Assembly: GCA_012295275.1 (NCBI GenBank)
Contig: CM022665.1
Span: 15,500,001-15,564,000 of the forward strand
Direction: 5' to 3'
Source of the DNA: Chrysomallon squamiferum
Taxonomy: Eukaryota > Animalia > Mollusca
DNA length: 64,000 nucleotides
Both the position numbers and the translations under genes were made by a program. Of the stretch, positions 57,959 to 64,000 are shown one piece after another. The notes below the pieces were generated by a model that saw only the letters and a program-made list of their open reading frames with translations, ran no database searches and had not been told where the DNA came from. Position 1 is the stretch's first letter. Each line of letters opens with the position of its first letter.

Positions 57959-58386
57959 AACTGGAGAAATGTGCAACAAGTCAGTGGTCTGACTGGACTG
58001 AGTGTTCCTGTACAAGTGGTCTCCGTTCACGACGTAGAATGTTTAAAATGCCAGGAATCACGGAATCCATGTGCAACGAAGATCTGATGCAGAAAGAGGC
58101 CTGCTCGACTGAAAAATGCAAGGATTCCAAACGAAAGAAGATCAACGTAAATTTTAAATTCCACCATGACTCACAGCGAGGTCCTTTTGCCTTGTGTGCT
58201 GTGACGCCTGGTCTGACTGGTCCCCCTGCAGCCGAACTTGTGGACTGGGGATGAAAGAAAGATGGCGAATGTTCCTGCATAGATCACAGAAAACTGACGA
58301 CTGTGGTATTCATTTGCAGGAAAAAGATCTGTGTCGTGGTGCAATGCCTGATTGTTCAATGGCAGATAAGCTAAAGAATTATACTG
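57959..58386 (+). CDS. SPON1: spondin-1 coding exon I (TSR1 + TSR2), with a 1-nt frameshift near 58208
   Basis: catttcag| ... g|gtgaga. First frame: LEKCATSQWSDWTECSCTSGLRSRRRMF...CSTEKC...GPFALCAVT. The -1 frame continues WSDWSPCSRTCGLGMKERWRMF...CGIHLQEKDLCRGAMPDC. The exon is 428 nt, but a phase 1-1 exon must be a multiple of 3. Confidence 0.88.
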
Positions 58387-58775
58387 GTGAGATACATTTT
58401 ATTTTTTATTTTTATATTTTTTATGCTCAACTATATGAATTGCAAATAAATGAATAATATTCTCATAAATTATATTTATTTAAAAGAGTAGTTCTTCAGA
58501 CAGTAAGCAAATGCTCAAATAAAAAAATATATATACATGTAGATGCACATTCACAAAATGCACACACATACAAATATAGGCTAACACACAGAACTAACAA
58601 ATATTAAGAAATTTTAAAACTGCAACTAAAAATCATCTCAATATTTATTTACTAAATTTTTCAATCTCTCTCTTTTTTTTTTTTTTGTTAATTCATCCTA
58701 TAATTATTATCGTTTAATATATATATATTTTTTTTTTTTTCCACTGACATGTTTTTACTTAATTTTTTTAAACAG

Positions 58776-58946
58776 CTATTTGCTCAGAAGATGCAGATCC
58801 TGGACCATGTAGAGGAACTTTTGTCAGGTGGTTTTACAACTCAACCATGGAGAAGTGTCAGGTGTTTAACTATGGTGGTTGCCGTGGCAATGAAAATAAG
58901 TTTGACACTCAGGAAGATTGTGTGGAACTGTGTGCTGAGCACATGA
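58776..58946 (+). CDS. SPON1: spondin-1 coding exon J (Kunitz/BPTI domain; phase 1-1)
   Basis: ttttaaacag| ... |gtgagt. Encodes [57 protein letters not shown], with six Kunitz cysteines. The ORF track shows a different frame. Confidence 0.96.
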   Translation, partial: LFAQKMQILDHVEELLSGGFTTQPWRSVRCLTMVVAVAMKISLTLRKIVWNCVLST

Positions 58947-59249
58947 GTGAGTTATTTATAGTATTATAATTATAGTAATACCAATAACAACAAGATTATA
59001 ATAATATTAAAGTAACAATAATGATAGTGATAATATTAATAAATATATTTTAAGATTCCAAAGCATTAAAAATTTCAAGAAATTAATAAACAACAATTCA
59101 CAGTATGATCTTTAGATAATGTTTTTGTTTTTTTTACTTTTTATTGTTTATTTTTGTCTCAGTATTTAGCAAAACAAATGCTTCTGTACATGAAATAAAG
59201 ACCAAAATATAAGCCTTATTTATAAACAACATATTATTTATATTTTTAG

Positions 59250-59440
59250 CTGAGGTCCACAGGAAAGCCGAGATGCTGCGTAAACAGGCAATGATGCAGA
59301 AGCAAGAGATGTTGAAACTGCAGATGATGAAGGAACAGCAGATGATGAAACAGAGGCAGATGGAAGCTGAGAAATTCAGACGGTCACTGGCAAACATGGA
59401 TCTCAAAACTCTCATGATGAAGAGAAAGATGATGCAGGGG
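59250..59440 (+). CDS. SPON1: spondin-1 coding exon K (Met/Gln/Lys-rich helical insert; phase 1-0)
   Basis: tatttttag| ... |gtaaaa. Encodes EVHRKAEMLRKQAMMQKQEMLKLQMMKEQQMMKQRQMEAEKFRRSLANMDLKTLMMKRKMMQG. Its phases bridge exons J and L, and it is GC-richer than the flanking introns. Confidence 0.85.
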
Positions 59441-59978
59441 GTAAAAACAAATAATTTTCTTCTTCTTTTTTTATTTTTTTATTTATTTTATAAGATTTTA
59501 TTTATCTAATGTAAGTAATCCTTAACTGGTATATTATTGCAGTAAAGTTAAAAAAGTGTAGGCTTGCTTGTTAACAAATATATTGTGTAATTACAGCTGT
59601 TTTATATTTTCCTCGGGATCAACCTTTGCTAACAATAAATATAAATAAATGTATAAACCCAGGAATAAAAACTGAGTAGCTATTTTCTCCAACATCTTCT
59701 TGTACAAGTGACTTTATGTCATTGATAGAAAAGAAAATAAGCTGATAAAGTGATGACTTTAAACACTTGAAAATAAATTTGGTTTTTTCATTAATTAGTT
59801 GAAAATGGTAAATACAATATATATGCACTACTTTCAGAATTTGATAAATTTCCTGTCAGCTTTTTAATATTTATTCTATGAATAAAAACTAAAATTTATT
59901 AAGGAAAAAGAGTCATTTGTAATTAATGGGGGAAAAGAAAATTACTGTTCTAAATGTTATCTTTTACTCTCATTTCAG

Positions 59979-60291
59979 TCAGCAACTACAGAACTGGAAA
60001 AATTGTTTGCCAAAGAAATAAAGAAGAAAATCAAAGCACTGAGAATTCAGAGAAAGAAGAAGAAGATGAAGAAATGGCGACTAAAACACAAAAAAGTTCC
60101 TCAACAGAGAGACGGGCCAATTGTTGGATGCATGGTCACTCCATGGTCAGAGTGGTCAACATGTACCGTGACCTGTGGCAAGGGTGTTGTCACAAGAACA
60201 AGAATGATAAAAGCCCAGCCACAAAATGGAGGAAGAAAATGTCCACACAAACTGGTGAAAAAGAAAAAGTGCAGAGCAGGGAAAAAATGCC
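59979..60291 (+). CDS. SPON1: spondin-1 coding exon L (polybasic segment + TSR3; phase 0-1)
   Basis: catttcag| ... c|gtaagt. Encodes SATTELEKLFAKEIKKKIKALRIQRKKKKMKKWRLKHKKVPQQRDGPIVGCMVTPWSEWSTCTVTCGKGVVTRTRMIKAQPQNGGRKCPHKLVKKKKCRAGKKC. Confidence 0.93.
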
Positions 60292-61044
60292 GTAAGTTAT
60301 AGCGATTAGTGTTTTTTATCTATCAGTTTTACTATATTTTTACACGCATTTGTCTTTATGTGTTACATATGTGCGGGACAGTTAAGAGAGGCATTGAGGG
60401 GATTATTTTATTGGTTTGGAATCTCTTTGTGTTTTGTATATAGAGGATGTGTATGTGTGTATATATATATATAAAGTTATTTAGATTTTCAAAATTTAGA
60501 AAAAAGCATATATATATATATAAAAGTTATCAGTTGTTTTAATTATAATGTGTTTAGATAAATTGTATATGAATCAGATCTTCAGAAAACATGTATTAAT
60601 TTACAGTAATATCATAATATGATTAACAACTGAAGTATTTGTTATTTTCTCATTTCTGCACAAATCTTAAGTTTAAACATCAAACAAAATAACTTTTTAT
60701 TTGAAGTGTTGTTAATCAAATTGTCAATAGGCTCCTATTAAATTGAAAATGTATAAAAAGAGATGTTTTGAACAATAATAATATTAATAATTAATGCTGC
60801 CAACATCAGTAACTTTTTCATAAATTGTTTCAAAATACAGATAAGAATAACTGCTTGCTTGCTTAATTTTTCTTTTAGCTAAAATAATAACAAATTTCAG
60901 TTAAAAGAAAATACAGCTTAAATACATTTTTTTAAAATTAATTAATTAAAAAGAGTGAGAGAGAAGAATTATTACCTAAATAATTAGTAATAAATAATAA
61001 TAACTGTCATTAATAATAATATAAAATATATATCTTTATTTCAG

Positions 61045-61259
61045 CAATTAACTGTAAAATGGGTCCATTTGGAGACTGGACACCTTGCTCAAAGACTTGT
61101 GGCAAGCGCTCAGTGCAGACAAGATGGAGAAGCATTATACAGAAACCTCGACATGGTGGTCTGTCGTGTCCTCCCCGGAGAGAGAAACGATTCTGCAGCG
61201 TACCCATGTGCACGACATCTAAAGTAGGCGGAAATACTACCACTGTCGATGATTCTTGA
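61045..61259 (+). CDS. SPON1: spondin-1 coding exon M (TSR4); ends at stop 61257-61259 or splices at donor after 61223
   Basis: ttatttcag| then (P)INCKMGPFGDWTPCSKTCGKRSVQTRWRSIIQKPRHGGLSCPPRREKRFCSVPMCTTSK, followed either by VGGNTTTVDDS* or by the donor aaa|gtaggc. Confidence 0.93.
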
Positions 61260-62676
61260 TTAATTCCTCATTAAATTTCAGCTTCCACCAACAAATGTAT
61301 CCATGGTAGCAACTGAAAAACATAAAAAATTTTTTTTTAAAAAAGAATAAAGAAATTAATTCATAGTTACAGTCTTTGATAAATGTGGGAGGGTGGTGTG
61401 GGCTTTTTATTATTGTTGTTATTATTTTTTCTTCCTTTTTTTTTATTACAATTTTTAATTTTTTAATTTATTTATTTATTTTTATTTTTATCTTTATTTT
61501 TATCTTTTTTTTTTAATTATTATTATTTTATTCACTTATTGTTTATGATTTTATTAATATTTATTTGTTTTTTAATCGGTGGTAAGTTTATTAATCTAAT
61601 AAGCATGTTTATCAGTCCCTTGATATTTTATAACAAAATCCATTCAGTTTTTATTTTATTATTTTCCAGATAGCATGAATAGTTGTTCTTTCTTAAGTTT
61701 ATAACTCAAATAATGATCTTTATAGAGCATGGCTAAATTTATAAGTAGTTTAGATTTGAAATTATTAAAATAAATAAGAAGCTGAATGTATTTGTTCTAA
61801 AGCTAAGTGTCATTTAAGAAGAAAAAAGAAACTGAAGAAAAGAAAAATATTAAACATTTAACAATAGCTAATTATGAGCTACAACTTAATACAGTTAAAT
61901 TTCTGTAAAAACAAACACAAAATGTTCATGATTTTCTGAAACGAAATGCATTGTATATTCAGCTTCAAGTACAGAATATAATTATGAAGCATGATAAACC
62001 AAATTAATGCTGTCTACATCAGTAATCATATCCATAAGTTGTTTCAAAATACATGTAATAATAACAGCTTGCTTGCTTTCTTTTAGTTTCAGTAATAACT
62101 TTGTAAGATAAAGTGTACCTTTGTTAATATGCACACTTTAAAATAATTGTTTTATTTGTTTGTGGCAAAATATCTTTGCTACTAATAAAGTATTACATTA
62201 GATTGAGGATACTGCAACTTTGCAGTGATTTGCTTTTGGTTATCAGGATTTTTCTATATATAAAATTTATCATGTAGGTTTATGGTCATTCTTAATTATT
62301 AGCAAAGTTTTGTTTGTCATTAACAAATAAAACCTAAATTTTGAACTACACAAAATATATTTACTAGTAAGGTACACTTTAAAAATAATTGTCAAAGTTT
62401 GACACCAAGGTTTTACTTTAAGTATAACAACAGCATTCTGATTCAAGTGAAAATGTTTTCTTGTAAGCTGTAGAAGGCAAATTTGGTGTTCCACAAAAAG
62501 CATATATAATGATATGAAAAAATAACACTATCACAATATTTCAAATTAGACAGAATTTTATAAAATTTTGGTGTCACAACTAATGACTGTTACCTTTAGT
62601 GTCAATTAAATTTACGATTTCAGTTTTTATTTATTATTTTTATTTATATATTTATTTATTTATTATTATTATTATG

Positions 62677-62719
<43 letters not shown>

Positions 62720-62797
62720 TGTTATTATTATTATTTTTTTTATTTTTTTGTTTTTTTTGTATTGTTATTCATCTCTTTGTAATCGCTTAATTTTCAG

Positions 62798-62848
62798 CTG
62801 GAGCAAGATATGCTAAGGTTCATGATGTACCATCATCATTATAACTAA
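62798..62848 (+). CDS. SPON1: probable terminal coding exon N (LEQDMLRFMMYHHHYN*)
   Basis: Acceptor ctctttgtaatcgcttaattttcag|. Phase 0 matches the donor after 61223. Met-rich like the other inserts of this protein. Confidence 0.55.
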   Translation: MEQDMLRFMMYHHHYN

Positions 62849-64000
62849 ACAAAAAAACAAAAGACTTATCCTTCATTGTGCTTCTTTGAACATGTGACCT
62901 CAATTGACCAATAGAAAAAGCTGTAACGAATGGCTGCTGTTTCTGTTGCCAAAACTTCTTATTACAGCAAGATTATATTGAACAAGCTTTAAAAGTGCAT
63001 GAACAGAACTACAAAAGCATTTCTTCAAACAAGAAGAAAAATACAAGAAAAAGGAAAAGTGATAAATAATTAAAAAAAAAAAAAAAATACTAAATAACCA
63101 GACCTTTGCAGTTTTTTTCAACTTCAGCTCAGCTCACATTTGATATATTATATTCCTAACAGTTAATACTCTTTTGAGTTTTATTTGCAAATCTTGTCTT
63201 GTGCCTTTGTAACAGCATCAGTTGTGGAGCTTTCTTAATGCATGTTTTTGTGGATTAATTTATTAATGTAAGAAGCAAGAAAAAAAACAAGACTATTTGT
63301 TTACAAGTGTTTGCTTCCATATGCGTGCATTTTGATTCCATGTTTCAATATTATTATCATTTATTTATTTTATTTTATTTTATTTCATTATTTTTATTAC
63401 ATTTTATTATGTTATATTATATTAAAATATAATATATTATATTAATATATTATATTCTATTATAATGTAATATATTTTATTTTGTTTTATATTTCAATTT
63501 GAATTACTTTTAATATTTTAAATTTTTTATTTATCTATTTTTGAATGCTGGCTTTGTTTTGCATGATAACAGAAGATTAAGGATTCCAATTAAACTAACA
63601 GTGCATGTTCTGCAAAATAAAATAATAAAACAGTTTGGAAATGTTTAGACATAGTTAAAAGGGATTAGCTGTTTATCAAATAGTAGAGATTCCAGTATGA
63701 TCTTTCTAATTTGGAATGAATTTTAGATAAATGAAAACATTTTTATTTTAGTTATTCTAAAATTACTGTTTTATTGAAGAAAACAAAACAACAGACATCT
63801 GAACAAAAAAAAAAAATAATAAATAACTTGTGGCTGCTGTCTTACAGAAAAGGAAGCAAAAAATAACTGTGTGTTACTAAAAACTGCTGACAAAATACAT
63901 TAATGCCTCATTAAAAAAGTATTTTAAAAAAAGAAAGAAAATAATGTAAGAAATATGTAAAAGAAAAGACTTTTCTGGAATGTAATGGAAAGAAAAGAAT

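Larger units (their letters stand above)
35056..62848 (+). other. SPON1: F-spondin / spondin-1 gene locus (multi-exon, 5'-incomplete; Reeler + Spondin_N + 4 TSR + Kunitz)
   Basis: Manually spliced exons carry spondin-1 hallmarks: WIAPESGSGCVEFRATV, CCACGHAKYVLEFQGLWSRQTHPKDFP, HWSNVVGATHS, MVGPSPDW, PFDAGTDSG, WSxWSxC TSRs and a Kunitz [11 protein letters not shown]. All 13 introns are GT..AG with compatible phases. Confidence 0.95.

Noticed and set aside
58147-58169. In-frame slippery heptamer A AAT TTT as a programmed -1 frameshift site explaining the TSR frameshift
   Set aside because: The -1 frame hits TAA at 58155 and TGA at 58167 immediately afterwards.
58118-58180. Small intron inside exon I that would fix the frame
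   Set aside because: GT at 58147 to AG at 58176 removes 30 nt and leaves the frame unchanged. AG at 58180 leads to a stop. A GC donor at 58118 is weak, deletes TSR1's last Cys and gives a non-canonical TSR2 start.
57981-61243. Minus-strand ORFs at 57981-58280, 59134-59415 and 61010-61243
   Set aside because: They are antisense shadows of the spondin coding exons.

Overview
AT-rich, microsatellite-dense animal genomic DNA. It is probably from an invertebrate such as a mollusc, but that is inference. Nearly every ORF-track entry is an artefact of simple repeats. The real content is one large, spliced, plus-strand gene encoding F-spondin/spondin-1 of the invertebrate type: Reeler domain, Spondin_N domain, TSR1, TSR2, Kunitz domain, a Met/Gln/Lys-rich helical insert, TSR3 and TSR4. 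I reconstructed 13 coding exons by hand (35056-61259) plus a likely 14th (62798-62848). All introns are GT-AG with matching phases, giving about 835 aa. The signal-peptide exon 1 was not confidently found, so 1-35055 is most likely part of a giant first intron. Main points of interest: a 1-nt frameshift inside the TSR1/TSR2 exon; unusual Met- and Lys-rich insertions; a hidden Met/His-rich terminal exon; a sharp CpG-rich to CpG-depleted switch in mid-gene (~52.8 kb); a 26-bp minisatellite; a hAT-like MITE; and several local duplications and hairpins. No rRNA, tRNA, CRISPR or prokaryotic system was seen.
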